Source: an uncultured Verrucomicrobiae bacterium (GTDB lineage: Bacteria > Verrucomicrobiota > Verrucomicrobiia > Chthoniobacterales > JAFAMB01). Taken from it: a DNA stretch of 64,000 nt. Below, piece after piece: positions 52,843 through 62,298 of this stretch (the first letter of the stretch is position 1; each line of letters begins with the position of its first letter). The position numbers and the translations under genes are program-made. Location of the stretch: positions 64,001 to 128,000 of the forward strand of contig CAWEXO010000015.1 in NCBI GenBank assembly GCA_963813025.1. Direction: 5' to 3'. The notes under the pieces are model-generated. The model saw only the letters and a list, made by a program, of their open reading frames with translations, had not been told where the DNA came from and made no database searches.

Positions 52843-53927
52843 CCCGCATCGAAGCGCTGATCGTGCTCAATATGCTCCCGAACCTCGGTCCAGTGCGGCT
52901 TCGCCGCCTCCTCGAGCGGTTCGGGTCGCCTGAAGCAGTTCTGCGCGCGAATTCTTCCCAACTCGAGCAGGTTGATGGGCTCACTCGGCCGCTGATCGCA
53001 TCTTTGCGTGAGTGGGAATCGACCCTCGATCTCCAAGCCGAACTCCGACGCATTCAGGAATTCGGAGCGAGTATAGTCACCCAGGATTCCTCAGAGTATC
53101 CGCGGCTCCTGCGGGAAATCCATGACCCCCCAATGGTTCTGTACGTCTGGGGCAAGCTCACCGAGAGAGATCAGCACGGCATCGGCGTTGTCGGCTCCCG
53201 CCGGACAAGCCACTACGGCCTCGAATGCGCGAAGCGCTTGTCTTACCAGATAGCCTACTCCGGGCTGACCGTGGTCAGCGGTTTGGCTCGTGGGATTGAC
53301 ACGGCAGCGCATCAGGGAGCGTTGGCGGCCAAAGGGCGAACAATCGCTGTTCTCGGAACCGGCCTGACGCACCTCTATCCGGCCGAGAACCGCGCGTTAG
53401 CAGAGAAAATAGCGGAGTCAGGGGCTGTGATCAGCGAATTTCCGATGGAAACGACGCCCGACCGGCAAACCTTTCCGATGCGGAACCGCATTATCAGTGG
53501 ATGGGGATTCGGTCTGCTGGTGGTTGAGGCGGGCATCAACAGCGGTGCGCTCATCAGCGCCTCGCAGGCAGCGGAGCAGGGTCGCTCGCTTTATGCCGTT
53601 CCCGGACAAATCGATCGACCCACCTCCCATGGCACGAATCGATTGATTCAGCAAGGGGCAAAGCTGGTGATGTCGGTAGACGATATTCTGCAGGATCTGC
53701 AAACATTTTTTCCGACTCCACCGACACTTGAGCGAAGCCGGCCGCCGAACCTGTCCGAAAACATGCAAAAAGTATACGAGGCCATTTCCACGGACTCCAC
53801 GTCGATCGACGAGATTATCGACCGTTCGGGCTTGCCCGCCGGCGCGGCAGCTGCGGCTCTGCTTCAGCTTGAAATGAAACGCCTGGTGAAACAGTTACCG
53901 GGAAAGTTTTTCGTTCGGCTGCTGTGA
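52839..53927 (+). CDS. dprA: DNA-processing protein DprA
   Basis: VVGSR, SGLARGIDTAAH and FPMRNRIISG; the GTG start overlaps the aroB stop. Confidence 0.96.
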   Translation: MTRIEALIVLNMLPNLGPVRLRRLLERFGSPEAVLRANSSQLEQVDGLTRPLIASLREWESTLDLQAELRRIQEFGASIVTQDSSEYPRLLREIHDPPMVLYVWGKLTERDQHGIGVVGSRRTSHYGLECAKRLSYQIAYSGLTVVSGLARGIDTAAHQGALAAKGRTIAVLGTGLTHLYPAENRALAEKIAESGAVISEFPMETTPDRQTFPMRNRIISGWGFGLLVVEAGINSGALISASQAAEQGRSLYAVPGQIDRPTSHGTNRLIQQGAKLVMSVDDILQDLQTFFPTPPTLERSRPPNLSENMQKVYEAISTDSTSIDEIIDRSGLPAGAAAAALLQLEMKRLVKQLPGKFFVRLL

Positions 53928-53930
53928 GGA

Positions 53931-54104
53931 AGTGCCAGTGCCAGTGCTAGTGCTAGTGCCACTCAGTGTCGGCGCTGCTCAGAACGGGCAAGAGCACACA
54001 GATCGAAATACCTGGTTCTGTGACAAGCCCTTATGGATGGGTCCCGTAGGTCGATGGGCCCTATGGGTTCTATGGGCGCGGACACTAGCACTAGCACTGA
54101 CACT
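53931..54104. repeat. Element bounded by inverted AGTGC(C/T) hexamer arrays
   Basis: Array at 53931-53960 and its inverse at 54081-54104. Same architecture at 56655-57065. Confidence 0.75.
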
Positions 54105-54179
54105 CCCTTAAATTGATTTGCCAGCCAGCCGGATGACCTCTACTGTCCCGCCTCGTCAAAAGGATGCACGTATCAGCAC

Positions 54180-56654
54180 ATGGGAAAGGCGCTTGTCATT
54201 GCAGAAAAACCGAGTGTTGCCTCCGATCTCAGTCGAGCCCTCGGCGGTCTCGAAAAGAAAGGTGATTATTTCGAAAACGAGGAGTTTATCGTCTCCTCGA
54301 CCATTGGCCATTTGGTCGAACTGGCGAGACCAGGCGACCTCGATAACGGCAAGGGCAAATGGAGCTTGCAGAATCTGCCGATCATTCCCGACCCCTTCGA
54401 GCTGAAGCCGATCCCGAAGACTGAAGCCCGCTACAAACTCCTCAAACGCCTGTTAAAGCGCGACGATGTCGACTTGGTGATTAACGCCTGCGATGCCGGC
54501 CGGGAAGGCGAGCTGATCTTTCGGTACCTCATTCAGCTGGCCAACATCAAGAAACCAATTCGCCGCCTCTGGCTGCAATCCATGACCGGGCAGGCCATTC
54601 GCGAGGCGTTTACTCACTTGCGCACGAACGAAGAGATGTTGCCATTGGCCGACGCGGCAGTTTGCCGGTCGGAAAGCGATTGGTTGATCGGCATTAACGC
54701 AACGCGCGCTCTAACCGCGCTCCAAAATAAAGCGGGTGGATTCCAACTAACTCCGGCCGGCCGGGTACAGACGCCCACTTTGGCCATTCTGGTCGAACGG
54801 GAACAGAAGATCCGCCTGTTCGAGCCGCGTACGTACTGGGAAGTGTTTGCCGAGTTCCAAGTGACACACGGTACCTACCGCGGTCGCTGGTTCGACGAGC
54901 ATTTCCGGCGAGAACAGGATGAAGACGCTCGCGCCGAACGTATTTGGGAACGAGCCCGGGCAGAAGCGATCAAGAGCAAAGTCCTCGGACAAAGCGGCAG
55001 CGTCACTGAAGAACGCAAGCCAACGAGCCAGATCGCTCCGCTGCTCTACGACCTCACATCGCTGCAGAGAGAAGCAAATTCACGGTTCGGTTTCTCAGCC
55101 AAGTCGACCCTGCAGATCGCGCAACAACTTTACGAACGTTACAAGCTGATCACTTATCCCCGCACCGATTCACGCCATTTGCCGGGCGACTATCTTGGCA
55201 CAACGCGACGCATACTCGAGACGATCGCCGATCCCTCTTTGCGGACCCACGCGCAAACGGTTTTGAGCAACGGTTGGGTCCGGCCAAACAAACGCATCTT
55301 CGATGATTCCAAAATCAGCGACCATTTCGCCATCATTCCGACGGGCCAGAATCCGCGCCCACTCGAGGACGCTCCGCGGAAGATTTTTGACCTGGTGCTG
55401 CGCCGTTTCGTAGCCGCTTTCTTTCCGCCCGCTCAATTTGAAGTCACGACGAGGATAACGCGGGTCGCGGAAGAAGCTTTCAAAACCGAGGGCCGGATTC
55501 TCAAAGATCCGGGCTGGCTGATCGTTTACGGACGCCAGCTCGATGAAGAGGGCGACGGGGAACTGGTCGAGGTTGTCGCGGGCGAAAACGCTAAGGCAAC
55601 CGAAGTCGAGGTCCGGGAGAGCGTCACCAAACCTCCGGCGCGCTACCAGGAAGGCACACTCCTCTCGGCGATGGAAGGAGCGGGCAAACTGGTCGAAGAT
55701 GAAGATTTGCGCGATGCGATGTCGGAAAAAGGCTTGGGAACGCCGGCCACTCGGGCCCAAATCATCGAGGGCCTGATCCAGGATGGTTACGTTTTTCGCG
55801 AAGGAAGAGATCTGGTGGTTGCGGCCAAAGGGCTGTCTCTCCTGACCCTGCTCGGCGCCATCGGCATCGACGCTTTGCGTTCCCCCGCGTTGACCGGCGA
55901 TTGGGAATATCGCCTGAACCAGATGGAGCGCGGCCGCTTGCAGCGCGCGCGCTTCATGAATGATATCCGGTCGCTCGCCAAGCAGATCGTCGCCAAAGTC
56001 CAGTATTTCGCCAATGACAATCTCTCGATCGACAACATCGCCGGGACATATGTCACGCTCGATGTCCGTTGTCCCAACTGCGAGGCCAGCAATCTCAAGG
56101 AGAACTACCGCACTTACTACTGCGAAAACTGCGGGTTCCGCTTTTTTAAGAACATGGCCAGCCGCGAATTGAGCGCGACGGAAGTCACGAATCTGTACCG
56201 AGAGGGCCGGATCGGTCCGTTGGAAGGCTTTCGCAGTCGTCTGGGCCGGCCATTCTCGGCCGTCGTTGTCCTAAATGATGAACGCAAGCCAGCCTTGGAT
56301 TTTGAGCAGAACGGCGATCTCAAATCGCTAACGGTCGATCCGGCGGTTCACGGCAAGATTGGCCCCTGCCAGGTATGCGGCAAGGGCATGGTCTATGATG
56401 TGGGTCCGGCCTACGTTTGTGAAAATCTTGCGTCGGGCACCTGCACGTTCAAACTAGCTAAGCGGATTCTTGGCCGGGAAATTGCCCCGGATGAAATGCG
56501 CAAGATGCTGGTGGAAGGGAAAAGTGGCGTTCTCAAAGGATTTGTCTCCAAGAAGAACAAGCGGTCGTTCGACGCGATTCTGATCCTCGACAAGGGCAAA
56601 ATGAGGTTTGAATTTCCGGAACGAAAAAAGCGGACAAAGAAACGGCAGGGATAA
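54180..56654 (+). CDS. topB: Type IA DNA topoisomerase III
   Basis: IAEKPSVA, ACDAGREGELIF, GRVQTPTL and ITYPRTDS; C-terminal zinc-ribbon repeats. Confidence 0.93.
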   Translation: MGKALVIAEKPSVASDLSRALGGLEKKGDYFENEEFIVSSTIGHLVELARPGDLDNGKGKWSLQNLPIIPDPFELKPIPKTEARYKLLKRLLKRDDVDLVINACDAGREGELIFRYLIQLANIKKPIRRLWLQSMTGQAIREAFTHLRTNEEMLPLADAAVCRSESDWLIGINATRALTALQNKAGGFQLTPAGRVQTPTLAILVEREQKIRLFEPRTYWEVFAEFQVTHGTYRGRWFDEHFRREQDEDARAERIWERARAEAIKSKVLGQSGSVTEERKPTSQIAPLLYDLTSLQREANSRFGFSAKSTLQIAQQLYERYKLITYPRTDSRHLPGDYLGTTRRILETIADPSLRTHAQTVLSNGWVRPNKRIFDDSKISDHFAIIPTGQNPRPLEDAPRKIFDLVLRRFVAAFFPPAQFEVTTRITRVAEEAFKTEGRILKDPGWLIVYGRQLDEEGDGELVEVVAGENAKATEVEVRESVTKPPARYQEGTLLSAMEGAGKLVEDEDLRDAMSEKGLGTPATRAQIIEGLIQDGYVFREGRDLVVAAKGLSLLTLLGAIGIDALRSPALTGDWEYRLNQMERGRLQRARFMNDIRSLAKQIVAKVQYFANDNLSIDNIAGTYVTLDVRCPNCEASNLKENYRTYYCENCGFRFFKNMASRELSATEVTNLYREGRIGPLEGFRSRLGRPFSAVVVLNDERKPALDFEQNGDLKSLTVDPAVHGKIGPCQVCGKGMVYDVGPAYVCENLASGTCTFKLAKRILGREIAPDEMRKMLVEGKSGVLKGFVSKKNKRSFDAILILDKGKMRFEFPERKKRTKKRQG

Positions 56655-57065
56655 TGTCAGTGCTAGTGCTAGTGCTAGTGGAACCGCGCCGGAAACTGCC
56701 TTCCCAGTACCGCCAACGTTGTCTACGCTGGCTGATGAGCTCGCAATTTTCACGGGAGTCAGTGGCGTTCACTGTTGGCCCGGCAATTCCTGAAGAGCGG
56801 CTTTAGCTGGGGCGAGAATTCAGAGAACGTCTCGCAAGACCCAAGCTCGGTAGGGTCAAGCTCCCGCTTGACCATTGGAGCGAAAGTCATCTCGCGATTC
56901 GGACGAGCAGGAGCTCATCCCTACCGCGCAGAAGTTGATCCCCAGCCATCAGGAGCCCATCGCTCCTCGTGCTTGATCCCACTTCGAAAGCGGGTCAGAT
57001 AATTTTTTTGCCGGCCGCCGCAGAGCAAGTTGAACGTTCCAGGTACAGCACACTGGCACTAGCAC
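56655..57065. repeat. Hexamer-bounded element containing a GTAG-type REPIN (56848-56926)
   Basis: (AGTGCT)n...CACTGGCACTAGCAC; inner CGGTAGGGTCAAGCTCC...GGAGCTCATCCCTACCG. Confidence 0.7.
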
Positions 57066-57071
57066 CAACCC

Positions 57072-59261
57072 CTACGCTGGCTGGTGGACTCGCGGGACGG
57101 CATCTCTCATCTTGCCAACCGCTTTCGCCACGACCGGTTGTGTTTCAACCTGGGTTCGCTTCTTTTTGCCGGCTTCTTCCAAAAACGTCGCTTGTGCGTC
57201 GACTCGCTCGCCTTCGATCGGCAATCGCGCATAAGTCGGTTCGGAACTTTGTTGACGTCCTTTCACATTATCCCGCCAGTAAATTTCGAGAATGCGAGCG
57301 ACCTCGTTCCGCAGGTCCGGGTGTTCAATGGGAAAGCAAGACTCAACGCGCCGAAAGAAGTTGCGCGGCATCCAATCCGCCGAGGCCAGATAAGTTTCCG
57401 GGCTGCCGTCGTTTTCAAAACAAAAGACCCGGCTATGCTCGAGAAATCGGCCAACAATACTGCGGACAGCAATATTCTCGCTGATCCCCGGGATACCCGA
57501 TCGGAGACAGCAGATCCCTCGCACGAGCAATCGAATTTTTACCCCAGCCTGAGATGCCCGGTAAAGCGCATGGATCGTGTCGGTGTCCACCAATGCATTG
57601 AGCTTCACGAAAATTCCCGCTGGCCTCCCCGCTGCCGCATGTTCGGTCTCGCGCTCGATCATTTCGAGGACAAAATCGTGCAAAACCTTCGGCGCTGCCT
57701 TCATCTTGCGGAGGTCCGGGAACACCGAGACACCCGTCAGCCAATTGAACAGTTCTGCGCAATCATTGGTCAGAATGGGATCACAGGTGAGCAGGCTGAG
57801 GTCAGTGTAGAGGCGAGCGGTTGAGGGATGATAGTTGCCCGTTCCCAAATGGAGGTACCGCCTGATAGCGTCCTCCTCCTTGCGCACCACCAAAGTGAGT
57901 TTGGCGTGCGTCTTCAAACCCACGATGCCGTACACCACGTGAACGCCGGCTTCCTGCAAGGTGCGAGACCACTTGATGTTCGCTGCCTCGTCGAAGCGCG
58001 CTTTCAGTTCCATGACCACCGTCACCTGTTTCCCGCTCTCCGCCGCCTCGGCCAGAGAGGCGATAATCGGCGAGTCCCCACTGGTACGATAGAGCGTCTG
58101 TTTGATTGCCAGCACGTTCGGGTCTTCGGCCGCCTGCTCCACAAAGTCGAGCACCGTCTGGAAGCTGTCGTAGGGATGATGCAGCAGAATGGGACGTCGC
58201 CGGATCTGGGTGAAAATGTCCTCGTGATCCGCGGAAGGCGTGACCACGTTGGGAACAAACGGTTTGAACTTCAGATCGGGACGATCGACCTCTGCGATCA
58301 CCGGCATCAACCGAAGAAAGTTGATCGGACCATTTACCACATACAGATCGTCTGGAATCAATCCAAAGGTCTGGAGCAGCTGTGTGGAAATATGCGGCGG
58401 ACAATCGGATTGCACCTCCAGGCGAACGGCTGCCCCGCGGTTTCGCTTTCGCAGCTCCAGCTCGATTGCCTTCAGCAGATTGTCCGATTCTTCCTCGTCG
58501 AGATACAGGTCGCTGTTTCGCGTAACCCGGAATTGATAAGCGCCCTTGACGGTGATCCCATGAAAAAGAGAGCCCACATGTGCCTGGATCAGATTGCCGA
58601 TAAAGATGTAACGATACATCCCATTCTGGCCGGCTTTGTAGGGGAGCAACCGAGGTAAAATGCGCGGCACCTGAACCACGGCTAGGCTGGTGCTTAAATC
58701 CTTGCCAGCCAACTCCACGGCAACATTCAAGCTCTTATTCAGGAGTTGAGGAAAAGGGTGAACCGGATCAACTGCCAAAGGGGTCAGGACCGGGTAGACC
58801 GACTGATCGTAGTACTTCGAATAGTATTGCTTCTCTTCTTTGCTCAACTCGTCATACCGAAGAAAAAAAATGTTCTGTTCTTCCAGCGCGGGCACCAAGC
58901 CGTCGCTCCACAGGCGATATTGGTCGTCCAGCATGCGCCGAGCGCGCTCCGAAACAGCCGCGAGTTGCTCGCTTGGACTCATCCCATCCGGGCCGGTATC
59001 GCTCAGGTTACTTTCGCGCTGCTGTTTCAGACCGGCGACCCTGACCTCAAAAAACTCGTCGAGATTCGAGCTGACGATACAAAGGAACTTCACTCGTTCG
59101 AGCAGCGGGTTGGTCGGATCATAGCCTTCCTCCAGCACTCGCTGGTTAAACTCGAGCCAGCTCAACTCGCGATTAACGTAGAGAGATCGGTCATTGAAAG
59201 CATCGGCCTTCTGCATAGATCCTTTCCTGGAAACAAATCGCTTGACTCTCTGCCTGGGCAT
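57072..59261 (-). CDS. ppk1: Polyphosphate kinase 1 (alternative start 59216)
   Basis: NRELSWLEFNQRVL, LKARFDE, KTHAK and GRFLEHSR. Confidence 0.97.
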   Translation of the reverse strand: MPRQRVKRFVSRKGSMQKADAFNDRSLYVNRELSWLEFNQRVLEEGYDPTNPLLERVKFLCIVSSNLDEFFEVRVAGLKQQRESNLSDTGPDGMSPSEQLAAVSERARRMLDDQYRLWSDGLVPALEEQNIFFLRYDELSKEEKQYYSKYYDQSVYPVLTPLAVDPVHPFPQLLNKSLNVAVELAGKDLSTSLAVVQVPRILPRLLPYKAGQNGMYRYIFIGNLIQAHVGSLFHGITVKGAYQFRVTRNSDLYLDEEESDNLLKAIELELRKRNRGAAVRLEVQSDCPPHISTQLLQTFGLIPDDLYVVNGPINFLRLMPVIAEVDRPDLKFKPFVPNVVTPSADHEDIFTQIRRRPILLHHPYDSFQTVLDFVEQAAEDPNVLAIKQTLYRTSGDSPIIASLAEAAESGKQVTVVMELKARFDEAANIKWSRTLQEAGVHVVYGIVGLKTHAKLTLVVRKEEDAIRRYLHLGTGNYHPSTARLYTDLSLLTCDPILTNDCAELFNWLTGVSVFPDLRKMKAAPKVLHDFVLEMIERETEHAAAGRPAGIFVKLNALVDTDTIHALYRASQAGVKIRLLVRGICCLRSGIPGISENIAVRSIVGRFLEHSRVFCFENDGSPETYLASADWMPRNFFRRVESCFPIEHPDLRNEVARILEIYWRDNVKGRQQSSEPTYARLPIEGERVDAQATFLEEAGKKKRTQVETQPVVAKAVGKMRDAVPRVHQPA

Positions 59262-59297
59262 CCTCTCCTCCACTCTCACGGCGCGCCACTGACCTTT

Positions 59298-59316
59298 TGT
59301 GACGATGTCGTGACAT
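59298..59316 (-). promoter_or_regulatory. Pho-box-like direct repeat upstream of ppk1
   Basis: ATGTCAC-GACA-TCGTCAC with 11-bp period, oriented toward ppk1. Confidence 0.55.
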
Positions 59317-59639
59317 TATCGTTATCTCAAGCCCGGTCGACGAATAAAATCGCCATCTTTTCGCCAGCAAAGTCCACCACCTCGCGGGTACTTCCTTCTA
59401 ATTTGATGTTTTGCGGCGAAGATAGGTCAGGAAGTAAGCTAGAGACTGCCTCAACGCGTCTTCGGACCTGCAGAGGTCTTTGCGTAGCGTGCCGGTTCTC
59501 AATTCAGACAGGCTGGAAGCGCCTGTCGGACTTTGGGCAATCTGTGCACGCGCAATCGAGCTATGGTTCGGAAGAGAGATCGAGGATGTCCCAAGCCGTC
59601 TCTGCCCCTGCGCCGGTAGATACGGTCTTGAATGTCAAG

Positions 59640-60332
59640 TCATTTGAGGATGGCAGCCAAGCGGGGATTGTAGGGTTGTTGGTGGCGAAGAACGCCGAAA
59701 ACAATGTGGAGGAGTTTGCGCATGATCGCGCCACGGATGGCCAGGGAGTGTAGTTTGCGCGACTCAAGCTCTGCAGCCCATTGTCGGATGGGTTTGCACC
59801 AACGACGGGCCACGGCGGCAGGCAGATAGAGGGCTTTACGCAGGAAGGCGTCGCCGATTTTGCACAGCACGGTTTTGCCGTAGCGCGAGAAACCCGAGCG
59901 GCATTCGGCGGGAGTGAGTCCGGCATAAGCGGCCAGTTGGCGAGCCGATTGGAACTCTTTACCGGCCAATTCGGCCAGCAACTTGGCGGCGGTAAGCTGG
60001 GCAATACCGGGAATGGAGCACAGCAGCTTGCTTTGGCGGCTTAAAGACTCATCGGCGGCGATCAGCTCCAAGAAGACTGACTCGATGACCGCAACGCCTG
60101 CCTGGTGCAGGGCGGCGACCAACTGCTTGCCGTAGACGCCAGTGGCTTCCAAGGCGAAGTGGATTTGGCGGAGCGGCCAACCGCGGGCTTGGAGTTGGGC
60201 TAAAAATGCTCCGATGCCCGCCGCATCATTGCTGAACTTCCCCCGCCAGAGGCTGGTGCCGGTTTTGGAAAGCGCGCAAAAGTCAAAGGTTGCTTTTGCC
60301 AGGTCAATACCGATGCAGTAAGGTTTTTTCAT
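59640..60332 (-). pseudogene. IS110 recombinase with an in-frame internal deletion (230 aa)
   Basis: IGIDLAK, LEATGVY, SIPGI and YAGLTP...SG are present. The KTD..D segment and most of the coiled coil are missing. Confidence 0.88.
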
Positions 60333-60399
60333 CAGACAGGAATTCGCGTTGAATTGGTTCTTTGTTTGATGAAGCGCTTGGGCGCGCACCTTTCCGACA

Positions 60400-60600
60400 G
60401 AGCCTTGTCCACACAGGCTCATGTTCCAACCCTGTTTGGAACGGCCTAAGATACGGTTCGGTCTTTTGCAAGGTGCGGCACGAGGAGGGTGGACTAATCT
60501 ACCGGACAGGTTCTACCGACCTTTGGGCGAAGCAGTTTTCCACCCCCCTCGGCCAAGTTCTTCACCTCCAGAGTTCCGCCCTTGCGGGCGGCTTTAAAAG
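60400..60600 (-). ncRNA. Putative IS110 bridge RNA
   Basis: 5' hairpin CCGCCC-GCAA-GGGCGG; target loop closed by GAGGGGGGTGGA/TCCACCCTCCTC; guide segments match the REP target and the donor junction. Confidence 0.78.
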
Positions 60601-60627
60601 GGAAAAAAGTTGGTGGGGCAAGGTACA

Positions 60628-60724
60628 AGGGCGAGAATTTATTTGAGCCGTCTTGGGAGGTGGCAACCTCTCCGTCCGGCTCAAATAAATTCTCGCCCTA
60701 CCGCCACCAGGGCTCGCCCTACCG
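60628..60724. repeat. REPIN downstream of the RAYT gene (left REP interrupted by IS110)
   Basis: AGGGCGAGAATTTATTTGAGCCG...CGGCTCAAATAAATTCTCGCCCTACCG, plus a partial GGCTCGCCCTACCG. Confidence 0.88.
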
Positions 60725-60760
60725 AAACAGGGCCGATAAGGTTGCGAGTGCTTAGAGCCG

Positions 60761-61225
60761 TCACCACCAATCAGCAAATCGGGTCATCTCACCTTGGAAT
60801 CGCCAGCGCGCTGGCTCGTCCGTCAAGCCCGCCCTAATCGGATTCATGAGTATATACCGGTACCTTGCTTCAGCGCTGTCGTGGGCGCGAATCCGATGAT
60901 GGAATGACCCGGACTGCCATCTGCAGCCTGGCTGATCGAATCGTAGTGAGATCCGCGATTTCCAAATCTTGATCCAAAGATCCAGTCCGGCTTGGCCTGA
61001 GCCCGGCCAAGCAAAGAAATGCAGGTGATCAGGCATGATCATGTAGCGCCCGACGTGCCAGTCCGTTGCTTCTCCCCACGCTGCAACGAGCAATGTCTGT
61101 ACCGTATCGTTAGCCAGCCATCTGATTCGCTTTCGGGTGCACACGGTGACAAGCACCAAAGTGGGCTGTTCGTCGATAAAAAGAACACCTTTTGCCGGGT
61201 ACTTCCGCTGTGGTCGGTAGTACAT
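60761..61225 (-). CDS. REP-associated tyrosine transposase (RAYT, Y1 HUH)
   Basis: VTVCT, IMPDHLH (HUH), WQSGSFHHRIR and YILMNPIRAGL; flanked by REPs. Confidence 0.92.
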   Translation of the reverse strand: MYYRPQRKYPAKGVLFIDEQPTLVLVTVCTRKRIRWLANDTVQTLLVAAWGEATDWHVGRYMIMPDHLHFFAWPGSGQAGLDLWIKIWKSRISLRFDQPGCRWQSGSFHHRIRAHDSAEARYRYILMNPIRAGLTDEPARWRFQGEMTRFADWW

Positions 61226-61298
61226 AAAACAGAATTACTAGTTGTGTTTTAACCCGACAATTTAAAAATACTCTTAATGTTGAGCTCTGGCCCTGCGC

Positions 61299-61355
61299 CG
61301 GTAGGGCGAGAATTTATTCGAGCCGGACGAGAGGTTGCCACATCCCAAAGACGGC
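61299..61355 (+). repeat. REP plus spacer upstream of the RAYT gene
   Basis: CGGTAGGGCGAGAATTTATTCGAGCCG; the spacer closely matches the reverse complement of 60647-60677. Confidence 0.88.
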
Positions 61356-61493
61356 CTCGCAACATGGCCTCGCCCCTGCGCCGGTATTCTGAGACGATCT
61401 CTAGCGCTCGCGCGACCAATCGCTTGATGGCGTATAGATTTCCAAAGTCCGACACCCCTGGAAGCCTGTGCCACCTTCCAGTGATCAAGCTGC

Positions 61494-62180
61494 TCAGTTG
61501 CGTCGGCCGCCGAGTAACGGAAGCAGGTAAAACAGCAGAAAGCTGAACGAAGTCACAAAAGCGGCTACGTAAGTCAAAGCAGCCGCATCGAGCACCCGGT
61601 TCACGGCCGTAACTTCGGCGGGTCCCCTGATAAGACCCATCTGCGCCAGGATCCGTTTGGCCCGAGCGCTCGCGTCGAACTCCACTGGCAGCGTGATCAG
61701 ATTGAATAGCATGATAATTCCCCAGCCCAGGCAAAGAATGATCAGCATCGGGCGGAGCAAACCGGTCAAGAGCCCAAAAAGCGGCAGAATGCCAACCGAC
61801 ATGTTCGCAAACCCGACCAAGCCAGTAGCGGCCATCCGCCAGTTCAGCGGTGCGTAAGCCATTTTGTGCTGGACAGCGTGACCGCACTCGTGTGCGGCGA
61901 TCCCCACAGCGGCGGTCGACGTGCCGTTGAAGTTGTCCGGCGAGAGCACCAAACGTTTATGAATCGGATCGTAATGATCGCCTAAGGGCTGATTGCCTTC
62001 GTAGATCTGGACATCATAAATGCCAGAGGCCGTTAAAATTTGTTGGGCGGTTTCGGCTCCCGTCAATCCAGACGATGCCGGGACCTGGCTGTACTTCGCG
62101 TACGCGGCCTTCACTCTCCCTGTCGCCCAGAGGGACAAGGCCAGTGTGCCGAAGAATACAAGAAAGCTGAAAGATGTCAT
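61494..62180 (-). CDS. Zinc metallopeptidase (YugP-like)
   Basis: DHYDP, AAHECGHAVQH, TLPVEFDASARA and AAALTYVA. Confidence 0.92.
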   Translation of the reverse strand: MTSFSFLVFFGTLALSLWATGRVKAAYAKYSQVPASSGLTGAETAQQILTASGIYDVQIYEGNQPLGDHYDPIHKRLVLSPDNFNGTSTAAVGIAAHECGHAVQHKMAYAPLNWRMAATGLVGFANMSVGILPLFGLLTGLLRPMLIILCLGWGIIMLFNLITLPVEFDASARAKRILAQMGLIRGPAEVTAVNRVLDAAALTYVAAFVTSFSFLLFYLLPLLGGRRN

Positions 62181-62298
62181 TGTACGAAGATACGCTTGTT
62201 CTGAGCGGACATCAAAAACCGGTACTCACTAAGGCCGGCGGAGTCTGGCGTCAATTTTGCTTTTCCTGCCCCGGCGACTGGATACTTTTCTACAGTCT

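Larger units (their letters stand above)
59618..60629 (-). mobile_element. IS110-family (IS621-like) element inserted in a REP, flanked by the CT core
   Basis: AG (minus-strand CT) at 59618-59619 and 60628-60629. Removing the element restores CCCTGCGCCGGTAGGGCGAGAATTTATT, as at 61291. Confidence 0.9.
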
